Assembly (NCBI GenBank): GCA_964651225.1
Contig: CAZYYD010000022.1
Location: 2,131-66,130 of the forward strand
DNA from: an uncultured Ignavibacteriaceae bacterium
GTDB taxonomy: Bacteria; Bacteroidota; Ignavibacteria; UBA10030
Direction: 5' to 3'
Length of the DNA: 64,000 nucleotides
Made by a program: the position numbers and the translations under genes. Under the pieces are notes generated by a model. It had not been told where the DNA came from, searched no databases, and saw only the letters and a program-made list of their open reading frames with translations. This document shows positions 45,327 to 54,794 of the stretch, piece after piece; positions within the stretch are counted from its first letter, which is position 1, and the number at the start of each line of letters is the position of its first letter.

Positions 45327-47039
45327 CTAGGGCTTCAATTTCAGGAGATCATCTAAATATTTTTTTGCCTCTTTATTCTTCGGATCTAGCTCGAGTGTCC
45401 GTCTATATTCCTTAATCGCTTCATCAATCTTATTCAGATTTTGATTGCTCTGACCTAAGAGAAGATGAGTCTGCGCCATATCTTCTTTGTATTTCAGGGA
45501 TCTTTTAAGATCGACAATTGCATCTTCCCATTTTTTCTTGGACTCCTCAACAGTAGTCTTTTTTTCCATCATGGTGGCAATAGCAATCATCCGGTAGGAA
45601 TCTGCTAATTCCAGCTTATATTTCACTTCTTGTGTATCGATAACCTTAACAGCTGTTTCGAATTCTTTGCGCCCGGCGTCATAATCCTTCATTTGGAAGT
45701 AACAAAAGCCGAGGTTCACATATGCCGGTGCATAATTCGGGTTTTGGGTTATTGCACTCCGGAGGACAGAGATAGCTTTTTCATATTGTTCCAATTGTAT
45801 TTCACACAACGCCAAATTGATCGATGACGCCACTGCCGTCGTATCTAAGAGAATTCGCCTCTCAAAAGTTTCCGCGGCCCGTTCCCAATATCTAAATTTC
45901 ATCCATATCGACCCTACTTCTCCCATTAAATAGGACCGGAGCATAAGCTGCTGAGTGGTATCCTTGAGTGCTTCTTCATAGGTGACCGCCGCTAGGGAAT
46001 CTTTCTTTATCTGTTTGTACGCATTACCGAGCCAACGATTATCCTCGAATTGCATGGTATCAATCGTTGCCAATTTATTGAAAGCCTCGACCGCCAATGC
46101 GTACTTCTTTTCGATCATCCGCGCATAGGCAATCGACCTGTATGCCAGTACAGAGTTCGGTTCGAACTTCAAGTAAGCCTGGGCTGCTTCTGCTGCTTCC
46201 GTATATTGCCTACTATTATATAATGATTCCAGATACATCGATTGGACATCTTTTTCAGGTTTTTTCGCTTTCTTAAAGTATTCTTTTAACGTTGCCGCAC
46301 ATTTTGTCCATTGCCGGGCACGAAAGAATAAACTCGCGAGCTCAAGACGGGCCGTATCATTATTAGGATCTAGACTCAGGATACGACTATAGACTCGCGC
46401 AGCATCGGTATATTGCCGTTCCTTGTAATATGTGTCGGCCAACTTATAGAGAATCCCTGTCTGTGTCGAATCAAGTTCCAGCGACCGCTCATAGTTATTG
46501 ATCGCCATGGGAGCGACTTTTTGCATTCTGTACGCATCGCCTAAAATTTCATAGACGGCCGGATTGGCGGGATCTGTTATTTTTGCTTGTGCGGCCGCGA
46601 CTTGAGCAGCATCTGCGGAATCGGAAGCCAAGAGAATCCAGCCCAATTCTATAAGCAATGGAGGATATTTGGGCTGTTTCTTTTTCGTCATCTTGAGCCC
46701 TGCAGTGGCAGTGGCATATGCCTCCGGCAAATTCTTTTTCACGAACTGCACATGGGCGAGTACTGTGTAGCCTTCCATCAATTCATCGTCCAGCTGTATG
46801 GTTTTCTGCGCTGCCTGCTCGGCTAAGTCAAGTTTTCCATCTTCTTGGTAGGCTTGCGCAAGGAGTAACCATCCTTTTTCATCGCGGCCATTATTTGCGA
46901 GATAGGCTCGACATTCCGTAATTGCCTCACCGATCCGTTTTTCCTTCATCAACTCTTTTACTTTGTTTAGTGGCTGGCTCATGAGAGTTGTCGCAGCGGT
47001 TAAAAAAATAACCGTGACAACCGATAGCGTGTGTTTCAT
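45327..47039 (-). CDS. Tetratricopeptide repeat protein
   Basis: Signal peptide, then many 34-aa A..Y......Y..A...F..AL..DP units. Confidence 0.8.
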   Translation of the reverse strand: MKHTLSVVTVIFLTAATTLMSQPLNKVKELMKEKRIGEAITECRAYLANNGRDEKGWLLLAQAYQEDGKLDLAEQAAQKTIQLDDELMEGYTVLAHVQFVKKNLPEAYATATAGLKMTKKKQPKYPPLLIELGWILLASDSADAAQVAAAQAKITDPANPAVYEILGDAYRMQKVAPMAINNYERSLELDSTQTGILYKLADTYYKERQYTDAARVYSRILSLDPNNDTARLELASLFFRARQWTKCAATLKEYFKKAKKPEKDVQSMYLESLYNSRQYTEAAEAAQAYLKFEPNSVLAYRSIAYARMIEKKYALAVEAFNKLATIDTMQFEDNRWLGNAYKQIKKDSLAAVTYEEALKDTTQQLMLRSYLMGEVGSIWMKFRYWERAAETFERRILLDTTAVASSINLALCEIQLEQYEKAISVLRSAITQNPNYAPAYVNLGFCYFQMKDYDAGRKEFETAVKVIDTQEVKYKLELADSYRMIAIATMMEKKTTVEESKKKWEDAIVDLKRSLKYKEDMAQTHLLLGQSNQNLNKIDEAIKEYRRTLELDPKNKEAKKYLDDLLKLKP

Positions 47040-47046
47040 GGATGGT

Positions 47047-47952
47047 TCACTCCGCAGTTAACTGAATGGTACGATATGGAATAGAAACAGGGACTAATCC
47101 TGCCTTCTGTATGATCTTCTGTCCAATATTTGAGAGTATAAATGCACTGAATCCTAATCCGACAGCAGCTTTTGCTTCTGCATTATAAAGATACAAAGAA
47201 TAATGGAACGGGTAAAGAGCGTCGTGAATTTCTCGCGGTCCAGGAAAATAATCCTTCTCATCCCCATCCGGTGATTTTGTGCGAACCGGCAGGATTTTGA
47301 TGATGCTCGAAGCACTTCCAGCCGCCAAGGACGCTGCCACACATCCCACCGAAAGAGGATGTGTAGAAACATATTGAACAACATCATCCTGATTGTTCAT
47401 CACTGTCGCTGGCTCCAGCGGCTTGGATCCAGGGAATATCTTCCTCTGGAGAAGTTCATACATCCCGGAATTTCGACCTGTCAGGACAAGATCGATAGAA
47501 CCGGATCTGCGGGATTCAGGAATCTGTGTCCAGTCCGTCGCTGAACGGTTGACTATTTTCTGGATCGATTCGGCAGTGATATACGACAGAGGATTTTGGG
47601 GATGGATAATCATCGCAACACCATCTTCTGCTAATTTACTTTCCACAATTTTCATTGATGCATGCAAGGCGATATCTCGTTCTTCCTGATTGAATGATCG
47701 ATCGATAACGATAGTACGGACACTATCATTCAGCAGATGTACCACCGCCTCCCGAGTCGAGACACCCAGGGCCACTGCCTTGATTTGAGGATAAAGACTC
47801 AGATATTGCTCCATTTCCTGCTGGATCAGAGGGAGGTAAGGATTAGCGGTTAGCACAATATGATGCCCGAGAGCTGGGGCCGCTGGTTTCTTTGTACAAC
47901 CGGATGCTGAGAGGATCACCATGAGCATTATCAATCCTAGAGTATTCCTCAT
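47047..47952 (-). CDS. PstS-like periplasmic binding lipoprotein (PBP_like_2)
   Basis: Lipobox LSASGC. DGVAMIIHPQNPLSYITAESIQKIVNRSATDWTQI and TGRNSGMYELL match the PstS-family pattern. Confidence 0.6.
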   Translation of the reverse strand: MRNTLGLIMLMVILSASGCTKKPAAPALGHHIVLTANPYLPLIQQEMEQYLSLYPQIKAVALGVSTREAVVHLLNDSVRTIVIDRSFNQEERDIALHASMKIVESKLAEDGVAMIIHPQNPLSYITAESIQKIVNRSATDWTQIPESRRSGSIDLVLTGRNSGMYELLQRKIFPGSKPLEPATVMNNQDDVVQYVSTHPLSVGCVAASLAAGSASSIIKILPVRTKSPDGDEKDYFPGPREIHDALYPFHYSLYLYNAEAKAAVGLGFSAFILSNIGQKIIQKAGLVPVSIPYRTIQLTAE

Positions 47953-48188
47953 ACATCACCGATTTCATCGTCTTGTTGACGGGTTCGAGATCTTATAAAA
48001 ACAAACCGGTAGACACCCCAAAGCATCAATACGATACCGAACATGATTCTCATCTGCCGGGGAACATATATAAAAGCAAAGCCGCTAACAAGAACAGCTC
48101 CGAAAACAAACGTCACACCGGAAACCAGGTAACCAATATATGTTGTGATATCGGAGATTTTCAGCATGTTGGATGCTTTGCTTCCCAT
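47949..48188 (-). CDS. Small two-TM membrane protein
   Basis: 79 aa with two hydrophobic helices. Its stop overlaps the start of the downstream PstS-like gene (ATGA). Confidence 0.4.
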   Translation of the reverse strand: MGSKASNMLKISDITTYIGYLVSGVTFVFGAVLVSGFAFIYVPRQMRIMFGIVLMLWGVYRFVFIRSRTRQQDDEIGDV

Positions 48189-48275
48189 AACGAACGAAGC
48201 TGATAAGTTTCAGGAACAATCCACACTTGCATGTGATGCTCACCTGCGCTTATCAGCTTCGATAATAATCAATGA

Positions 48276-49004
48276 TTATTTGTTGCCCGTTAACCTGAAT
48301 CGGAATGGAATAGAAACCCACACCGACACCGGTCCTTTCTGCATGACCGCAGGCGTGAAGATCCATTGTTTCGCAGCTTCCTCAGCCGCTTGGACAAATA
48401 TCTCTGCATCACTTTTCAGAGTAACCACTTTGCGTACTTTTCCTTCTTTGTCCACCCACACTTTCACAAAGACGTTTCCCTCCAGACCGGCACGCAGGGC
48501 AAGATCTGGATACTTCGGTTCAACCCGTTTGACAACGGTGGGTTCTTTTTCGTACGGGACAAAGTCCGGAGGCGGACCATCATCCTGGATATTCAGGTCT
48601 TGTTCAATCTGAGCTCCGCCTGCACCAGCTCCAGCATCAATCGCCGGTGCGGCTTGCTGGCTCAGCTCCGTTTGGGATGCGATCGTCTGCTCTGGACTTA
48701 CCTCTGCATCAGGAACCGGAACAGGAACACCGACGCTTGGTCGGACTGCCGGTCCGGATACTGCAACCGCCGGGGCTGCCTGCTGGCTTAACGACGGAGG
48801 CGGTCCTAGATCTGTATACTTCAGAATACGAACCATGTGAACCGGTTCATCCTCTTCGCTTAACCAGACTGCAAGGTAATATGTACCGATAGCAGAAAAA
48901 CTGATCAGTGTCGAGAACAGCATTCCCAGCATCATATATTTTTGAGCGATCGACTTGAGCTCCGCTGCACCGTATTTCATTGCCACTGCTATTGTTTGTG
49001 CCAT
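48276..49004 (-). CDS. tonB: TonB-family energy transducer
   Basis: N-terminal anchor, Pro/Ala-rich linker, and C-terminal VEPKYPDLALRAGLEGNVFVKVWVDKEGKV...PVSVWVSIPFRFRL. Confidence 0.85.
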   Translation of the reverse strand: MAQTIAVAMKYGAAELKSIAQKYMMLGMLFSTLISFSAIGTYYLAVWLSEEDEPVHMVRILKYTDLGPPPSLSQQAAPAVAVSGPAVRPSVGVPVPVPDAEVSPEQTIASQTELSQQAAPAIDAGAGAGGAQIEQDLNIQDDGPPPDFVPYEKEPTVVKRVEPKYPDLALRAGLEGNVFVKVWVDKEGKVRKVVTLKSDAEIFVQAAEEAAKQWIFTPAVMQKGPVSVWVSIPFRFRLTGNK

Positions 49005-49012
49005 ATCGTCAC

Positions 49013-49513
49013 CTATCCTGCTACTTTCCGAATCAGATTCCTGTCAGTATCTTTCAAAGGTGCTATACTAAATTTTGTGATATTGGCAAGATTCAGTTCA
49101 TCGACGACGTCGACCATGTCATTGTATTTTGCATCCCGATCGATCTGTACGAGAGTGATTAGGTCTTTATTATTGCGAAGTTTTTCAACGAGTAACGGGC
49201 GTAATTCCTTGAACGTGATCTTCTTCAGTGCCGTCGGTTCATTTCCCATGCTCCAGTAAATCTCTAAATTTGGCATAATGCGCACCGTAAGCAACTTCGA
49301 CGCTGCAACTTCCACCTGGACTTCTTTGTCGGGGGGCAAGTTCAACTCCATTGTCTGCGGTTTATTAAAGACCGTTGTGAGCATGAAGAATGTCAACATT
49401 AACAATGCCACGTCCACCATCGGCGTCATATCGATGCGAACTCCGGTACGTTTCTTTTTCTTCTTTTTCCCTTTTTCGTGCGATTTTGATTCAGCAACAT
49501 CTGCACCGGCCAT
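49013..49513 (-). CDS. exbD: ExbD/TolR biopolymer transport protein
   Basis: IDMTPMVDVALLMLTFFMLT motif. Confidence 0.85.
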   Translation of the reverse strand: MAGADVAESKSHEKGKKKKKKRTGVRIDMTPMVDVALLMLTFFMLTTVFNKPQTMELNLPPDKEVQVEVAASKLLTVRIMPNLEIYWSMGNEPTALKKITFKELRPLLVEKLRNNKDLITLVQIDRDAKYNDMVDVVDELNLANITKFSIAPLKDTDRNLIRKVAG

Positions 49514-49515
49514 AA

Positions 49516-49983
49516 TTATGCTCCTTTATCCAGATCTGTCACAAGATTGAACCGTGTAATCTTTGCTTTGACTAACACATCCATCACGTCTTCCATGGGT
49601 CCATAGGGGGCGTTTTTATCGCCCTTGACAACTGTACGAAGTTTTGGATTGTTAATACGCGCCTGGATAAGAATATTCCCAAGCGTGCCTTTATCAACTT
49701 CTACTGCCCGTTTGTATTTATTCTGTATTCCAAATAAACGTTCCATCAATCCTTGCGCATCAACGCCGAGAAAGATCTTTCCATCCTTCGTCACATAGAC
49801 CATCATGATGTTGGATTCCGGCAGCTTGAACTGCGAATGCGATGCCGGAATAATGACTTCGACATCCTCAGGTGGTTTAAACTGTGTCGTCATCATGAAA
49901 AACGTGAGGAGCAACAACGCCACATCCACCATCGGTGTCATGTCGATGCGAGTGCCGAGTCTCTTTGTTTTATGTTTTGCCAT
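49516..49983 (-). CDS. exbD: ExbD/TolR biopolymer transport protein
   Basis: IDMTPMVDVALLLLTFFMMT motif. It is a paralogue of the adjacent gene. Confidence 0.85.
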   Translation of the reverse strand: MAKHKTKRLGTRIDMTPMVDVALLLLTFFMMTTQFKPPEDVEVIIPASHSQFKLPESNIMMVYVTKDGKIFLGVDAQGLMERLFGIQNKYKRAVEVDKGTLGNILIQARINNPKLRTVVKGDKNAPYGPMEDVMDVLVKAKITRFNLVTDLDKGA

Positions 49984-50001
49984 ACCATCACCTCTTCCGG
50001 G

Positions 50002-50736
50002 TTACTTCTTATTCGGTTTGCGTGAGGCCAGGGACTGAACAATGGAATAACTTGCTTCGTCAATCATATAGGTAAAGCCATCGATCTTTGTGACAAAGAA
50101 ATTATATGCAACAATGCCACCGATACCGGCAATAAGACCGCCTGCAGTGTTGATCAGTGCCTCGGAAATACCAAGAGCAAGCTGAACAGCATCCGGTGCA
50201 CCGGCGCGCGACATCGCCTGGAAAGAGCGAATCATACCAATCACCGTTCCCAGCAGACCGACCATCGTTCCGATCGAGGCAATGGTGGACATCATCGAAA
50301 GGTTTCGCTCCAGCATAGGAACTTCGAGCATGGTGGCTTCTTCAATGGAGCGCTGAATGCTTTCCATTAACTCCTTTTGTCCTTTAACATCACCCTCTTC
50401 TACAACCATCTTGTACCTTTCCAAACCTGCTCGAATGACATTGGCGCAGGAACCACGTTGTTTATCACACGCCGAGAGGGCTGTCTCAATATCACCGGTG
50501 TTGACTGCTTGCTGCACATTCTTTAAAAAGATAGTCAAAGAGCCTTTTCCGTTGGCTTTCTTCAGCGTCAGCAAGCGCTCGATGATAACCGCTATCAGCA
50601 TAATAACAAGGGCGATGAGGGAGATAACAAGATAACCACCCTCTTTGATAAAGGTTGGAAGTGTGAATTCGAAAATTACCCAGCCGACCACGAAAGCGAA
50701 GATGATGACGAGGGTGTTGAACGTGGAAGTCTTCAT
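50002..50736 (-). CDS. exbB: MotA/TolQ/ExbB proton channel protein
   Basis: Three TM segments. IASIGTMVGLLGTVIGMI and ISEALINTAGGLIAGI are typical of this family. Confidence 0.9.
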   Translation of the reverse strand: MKTSTFNTLVIIFAFVVGWVIFEFTLPTFIKEGGYLVISLIALVIMLIAVIIERLLTLKKANGKGSLTIFLKNVQQAVNTGDIETALSACDKQRGSCANVIRAGLERYKMVVEEGDVKGQKELMESIQRSIEEATMLEVPMLERNLSMMSTIASIGTMVGLLGTVIGMIRSFQAMSRAGAPDAVQLALGISEALINTAGGLIAGIGGIVAYNFFVTKIDGFTYMIDEASYSIVQSLASRKPNKK

Positions 50737-50783
50737 GAAACGTTCTCCTGATTTTTGTGAGATTGTATGTGTATAAGAATCGA

Positions 50784-51131
50784 TTAACCTTTGAGACTGG
50801 TGATCGCTTGAGCGCGATCTTCTTCAACATCAAAAACGCTTGTCAACTTCGTGATAACAAAAACGTTTTGGACACCTTTTCCCATATTGCATAACTTTAT
50901 TTTTCCGGATACTTTTTGATACAGGGAGTGAATACTTACCAGCGCTCCAATTCCGGAGCTATTAATGTAGGTGATACCGCCAAGGTCCAGGATAAGCTTT
51001 TTATTCCCCTGTTCAATGAGATCTTTGGCTTTCGCTTTCAATTCATCGGTTTCTTCACCGCCAATAAGCGAACCCCTCGGCTCGAGTACGGCAATATCAA
51101 GATTGTTGAGTGTGGTTAGTTTTGTTGACAT
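50784..51131 (-). CDS. STAS-domain protein (anti-sigma-factor antagonist type)
   Basis: Start trimmed to MSTKLTT. LILDLGGITYINSSGIGALV has the SpoIIAA-like phosphorylatable Ser context. Confidence 0.8.
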   Translation of the reverse strand: MSTKLTTLNNLDIAVLEPRGSLIGGEETDELKAKAKDLIEQGNKKLILDLGGITYINSSGIGALVSIHSLYQKVSGKIKLCNMGKGVQNVFVITKLTSVFDVEEDRAQAITSLKG

Positions 51132-51439
51132 ACGGTATCCTCGGCTTTTTTCTGGTAATGGATAATACTCACAATACCTACTCAAATTCGATACCACATA
51201 TTCATGTCACATTTTTCGTTCAAAATCCGCAGAGATACAAGCAGCGTCTAGTTGGTTCGTTGCGAAAAGCAACGTGAAAAACTCGACTACCCTTAATAAC
51301 ATCTTTTCTTTGAATACTCTCAATGAATAAGTTCACGTTGTATAATGCAACGCCTGGTTGTAAAAAGTCTAAAATGAGATCGCCAGGTAGTGCTTTGAAA
51401 AATTCCAAAAATCGGCACATCCGCTAAAACACCGTGAAT

Positions 51440-52762
51440 TTATAGATTGAATTTTTTCCTCTTTTTCCAAAGAGTTGCTCTATCAATACCGAGAATCGAA
51501 GCAGCCTCATCGTAATCTTTCGCAATTTGGAGCACTTTTTTTATTTGAAATTTCTCTGCTTCCTCTAGTGATAGAAATTTGGATTCGTTCGTATTACGTA
51601 TTTCTTCGGGCAAATGCCCAAGTTCAATAATCCCATTTGCAGCAAGAAGCGCAGCCCGTCCGATGACATTTTCCAATTCCCGGACATTTCCACTCCAGCG
51701 GTAGGTCTTGAGAACTCTATCTGCATCGGGGGCAATAGTTACGGTTCGGTCCTTTACCGATTTGTTTAAAAAATATTGAATCAACAACGCAATATCTTCC
51801 GGGCGTTCACGCAACGAGGGAAGTTTTATACGAACACCGTTTAAACGATAGAAAAGATCTTCGCGAAAGCTGCCTTCCTTCAACGCTTCATCCAAATTAC
51901 GATTGGTCGCAGAAATAATTCTTATATCAACTTTCCGTGTCACATTTTCACCAACACGCTCGAATTCTTTTGTCTGCAGAACACCGAGAAGTTTCGATTG
52001 AATAGATGGAGATAACTCACCGATTTCATCTAAAAAAATTGTCCCGCCATTTGCCGTTTCAAAACGCCCCTCACGGTCCTTTACTGCACCTGTAAACGAT
52101 CCACGCACATGACCAAAGAGTTCACTCTCTAAAAGTTGTTCAGGAATAGCAGCACAATTCACTTTGACAAATGGTTTATCGGCCCGATCGCTCTTCTCAT
52201 GAATGTAATGGGCCACAAGTTCTTTCCCTGTTCCGCTCTCTCCTTCGAGCAGGATACTGATGGCGCTTTCAGCAATACGTGCAGCAAGATCGAGCTGTTC
52301 GATCATCGTCCGGTTCCGTGTGATAATTTCTCCATACCCCTGCATCAAAGCAAGCTCTTCACGAAGTTCGGCGACCTCATGCACCAACCGATGATGTTCA
52401 ATAACTTTTTGCGCAAATAATTTGAGCTCATCGAAGTCAAATGGCTTTTGTAAATAATCGAACGCCCCTTTTTTAATCGCAGAAACAGCGGTATCAACCG
52501 AACCATGGGCAGTCATCATGATCACGGTCGTACGCGGCGAATACTGTTTCAGTTCTGCCAGAACCTCGATACCGTCCATCGGCGACATTTTCAGGTCAAC
52601 AAATGCGATGTCAAATACATTGTTCTGGATTAACTGAAGCACATCCTGGGGTTTTGGACACAGTGTCACATCGAGACCGATGGACTCCAGGCAGATTCCG
52701 ATTGTGTTCAGGATATTCGTTTCATCATCGACGACAAGTACTTTTGGGTTTTTTCTATCCAT
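51440..52762 (-). CDS. Sigma-54-dependent response regulator (NtrC family)
   Basis: Receiver (VLVVDDE, AFVDLKMSPMDG), AAA+ (GESGTGKE, ESELFGHVRGSFTGA) and a C-terminal Fis-type HTH. Confidence 0.9.
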   Translation of the reverse strand: MDRKNPKVLVVDDETNILNTIGICLESIGLDVTLCPKPQDVLQLIQNNVFDIAFVDLKMSPMDGIEVLAELKQYSPRTTVIMMTAHGSVDTAVSAIKKGAFDYLQKPFDFDELKLFAQKVIEHHRLVHEVAELREELALMQGYGEIITRNRTMIEQLDLAARIAESAISILLEGESGTGKELVAHYIHEKSDRADKPFVKVNCAAIPEQLLESELFGHVRGSFTGAVKDREGRFETANGGTIFLDEIGELSPSIQSKLLGVLQTKEFERVGENVTRKVDIRIISATNRNLDEALKEGSFREDLFYRLNGVRIKLPSLRERPEDIALLIQYFLNKSVKDRTVTIAPDADRVLKTYRWSGNVRELENVIGRAALLAANGIIELGHLPEEIRNTNESKFLSLEEAEKFQIKKVLQIAKDYDEAASILGIDRATLWKKRKKFNL

Positions 52763-52767
52763 AGAAC

Positions 52768-54621
52768 TTATCCCTCATTCTCCCATCCCGCCGGGATGGT
52801 AAAGGAAAACCTGCTTCCGATACCAACCTGACTTTCGACCCAAATGCGTCCGCCGTGAGCTTCCACAACTTCACGGGCTATGGCCAGGCCTAAACCGACA
52901 CTCCCTGGTGTTGTATCGGTTGAACTCTTGATTTGGACAAACTTATCAAAGACCGCTTCCTGTTGTTCGGGCGGAATTCCGTGACCCGTGTCGGTAACTT
53001 CGACAAGGAGGCCCCCATCCTGTTTCTTCGCAGTCAATTGTACTTTACCGCCGGCGTCCGTATACCGGAGAGCATTGCTCAAGAGATTTGTGATAACCCA
53101 GATCAATTGGTGCGGATCAGCTGAAAATGGAGGCATCCGATCTTCGACGTCAATTTCCAGCAAGATTTGCTTCTCCTCGAATGGAAGGCGCAAAGGTCGC
53201 ACTGCCTCTGCCACTAAACGGCGGAAGTCGATCAACTCTTTTTTCATCTCGTACTTGCCCGATTCGAGCTTTGAAAGATCCAAGAGATCTTTCACCAATT
53301 TACGCAGGCGTTCCGAATCATCTTTCGCAGCCACGAGAAGATCTTTCTGACGCTGGTTCACAGAACCAACCACTTCCTTCGCAAGAATATCGATTCCCAT
53401 ACTTAACGATGTCAGCGGCGTCCGAAGTTCGTGAGAGACAGTCGCAATAAATTCCGATTTCATACGGTCGAGGTCTTTGAATCGCGTCACATCATGCAGC
53501 AATGTCACGACCCCCTGGATGTTCCCCCGTTCATCGATGATACGTGCTTGTCTTGGCCGAAAGTACAGCGTGAGACCGTTGCGGGCAAATGCAAAGAGAG
53601 GATCACGGTGTTCCTGTTCAAAGCGTCTGGACCTGCCTGGGTCCAGCATATCCACCCAACTTTGATTGCCGATGACTTCGTGCAACGACTTTCCCTGCCA
53701 ATCCGATCCGCGCACTTCGAAAACAGCTGCTGCAGCCTGATTCATGAGCACAAGAATACCATGCTCATCCGTCACAATAACCGGATCGGCAATATTTTCT
53801 ACGATGGTCTCTGATTTTTTCTTCTCTGTGATGAGCTGCTGGATGTTCATCTCTTCATAAACCCGCAGCCGTTCCGTCATCTTATTGAATTCACGTCCCA
53901 ACTCTCCAATTTCATCATCCGTATTGACATCTATTTTTTGATTGAGCTGGCCGCTGCTGATACTTCGAACTGAACGTGTCAGTTTCTCGGCCGGCAGGAT
54001 GATTGATCGAGTAAATCGTGCACTCGTAAAGAAGCTCAGAATCACTGCTATCACAGATATCGTAACGACGGTTGCTGTTGCATCATTCGCGGTTTGGTTC
54101 AACCGCTCCTCCGTGCGCGTCACGGCATCTTGATTGATTTCAAGATAATCGAAACATTCCTCTTTCAATGCTTCTGCGACCGGTCGGATAATACGGGTTT
54201 TGAAATCCGTTGCTGCTGTTGTCCGACCCTTTATTTGCAGTAGGCGGTACAGTGAATCAGCTAACTGTGTATACCGAGAGTAGTCAACAGTGATTCGATC
54301 CAGTACATTCTTTTCGTGTTCACTCACTCCCCCTTTCTTTGCTTTTTCCAGCCATCCGAGGAAACCAACGCGGTTAGTGTTAAATTGCACATAGGCAAGG
54401 TCAATATCCGCCAAAAGCATAGAAAGCTGAGCGTTTTCCTGACGCTCCAGAGCCTTGACCATGTACTGCGCAGCAAAGACACTCTCATAGTTATCCCGCA
54501 GCACGAGTCCAAACGTATCGCGGAGGCGAGAAAAGTTATAGACCGCAAAGACACTGGTTGCTAAACCAATGACAACAATAACGAGGTAACTGAATCCAAT
54601 TTCACGTCGAAGACTGGTCAC
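52768..54621 (-). CDS. Sensor histidine kinase (membrane sensor, HAMP, PAS, HisKA, HATPase_c)
   Basis: H-box VSHELRTPL, N-box LLSNALRYT, G-boxes DTGHGI and GLGLAIA. Two hydrophobic segments flank a ~160-aa sensor region. Confidence 0.85.
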   Translation of the reverse strand: MTSLRREIGFSYLVIVVIGLATSVFAVYNFSRLRDTFGLVLRDNYESVFAAQYMVKALERQENAQLSMLLADIDLAYVQFNTNRVGFLGWLEKAKKGGVSEHEKNVLDRITVDYSRYTQLADSLYRLLQIKGRTTAATDFKTRIIRPVAEALKEECFDYLEINQDAVTRTEERLNQTANDATATVVTISVIAVILSFFTSARFTRSIILPAEKLTRSVRSISSGQLNQKIDVNTDDEIGELGREFNKMTERLRVYEEMNIQQLITEKKKSETIVENIADPVIVTDEHGILVLMNQAAAAVFEVRGSDWQGKSLHEVIGNQSWVDMLDPGRSRRFEQEHRDPLFAFARNGLTLYFRPRQARIIDERGNIQGVVTLLHDVTRFKDLDRMKSEFIATVSHELRTPLTSLSMGIDILAKEVVGSVNQRQKDLLVAAKDDSERLRKLVKDLLDLSKLESGKYEMKKELIDFRRLVAEAVRPLRLPFEEKQILLEIDVEDRMPPFSADPHQLIWVITNLLSNALRYTDAGGKVQLTAKKQDGGLLVEVTDTGHGIPPEQQEAVFDKFVQIKSSTDTTPGSVGLGLAIAREVVEAHGGRIWVESQVGIGSRFSFTIPAGWENEG

Positions 54622-54734
54622 AGAAAAAGGTAGAAGAATTTCAAAGGAAAGGCAAGGTGACGATGAATCAGAATCCAGGAGTCAGAATTCAGAAGTGAGA
54701 AGTAAGAAGAGAAAAGGTGCACTGTGGTTGGCAA

Positions 54735-54758
54735 ATAAAAGTCCCCCGGGGGAAACTG
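54735..54758 (-). terminator. Hairpin plus T-run after the Omp85-fusion gene
   Basis: The minus strand reads AGTTTCCCCCGGGGGACT followed by TTTATTT. Confidence 0.45.
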
Positions 54759-54794
54759 GACGGGACCATGACGGAAATACCTTAGAGCTTTTCG

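Noticed and set aside
51181-51197. Possible sigma54 -24/-12 promoter GTGGTATCGAATTTGAG upstream of the STAS/ExbB operon.
   Set aside because: The GG at -24 and the spacing fit, but the -12 element reads TTGA instead of TTGC (the conserved GC is missing) and the -24 box is TGGTAT rather than TGGCAC. This is too weak to call without transcription start data.
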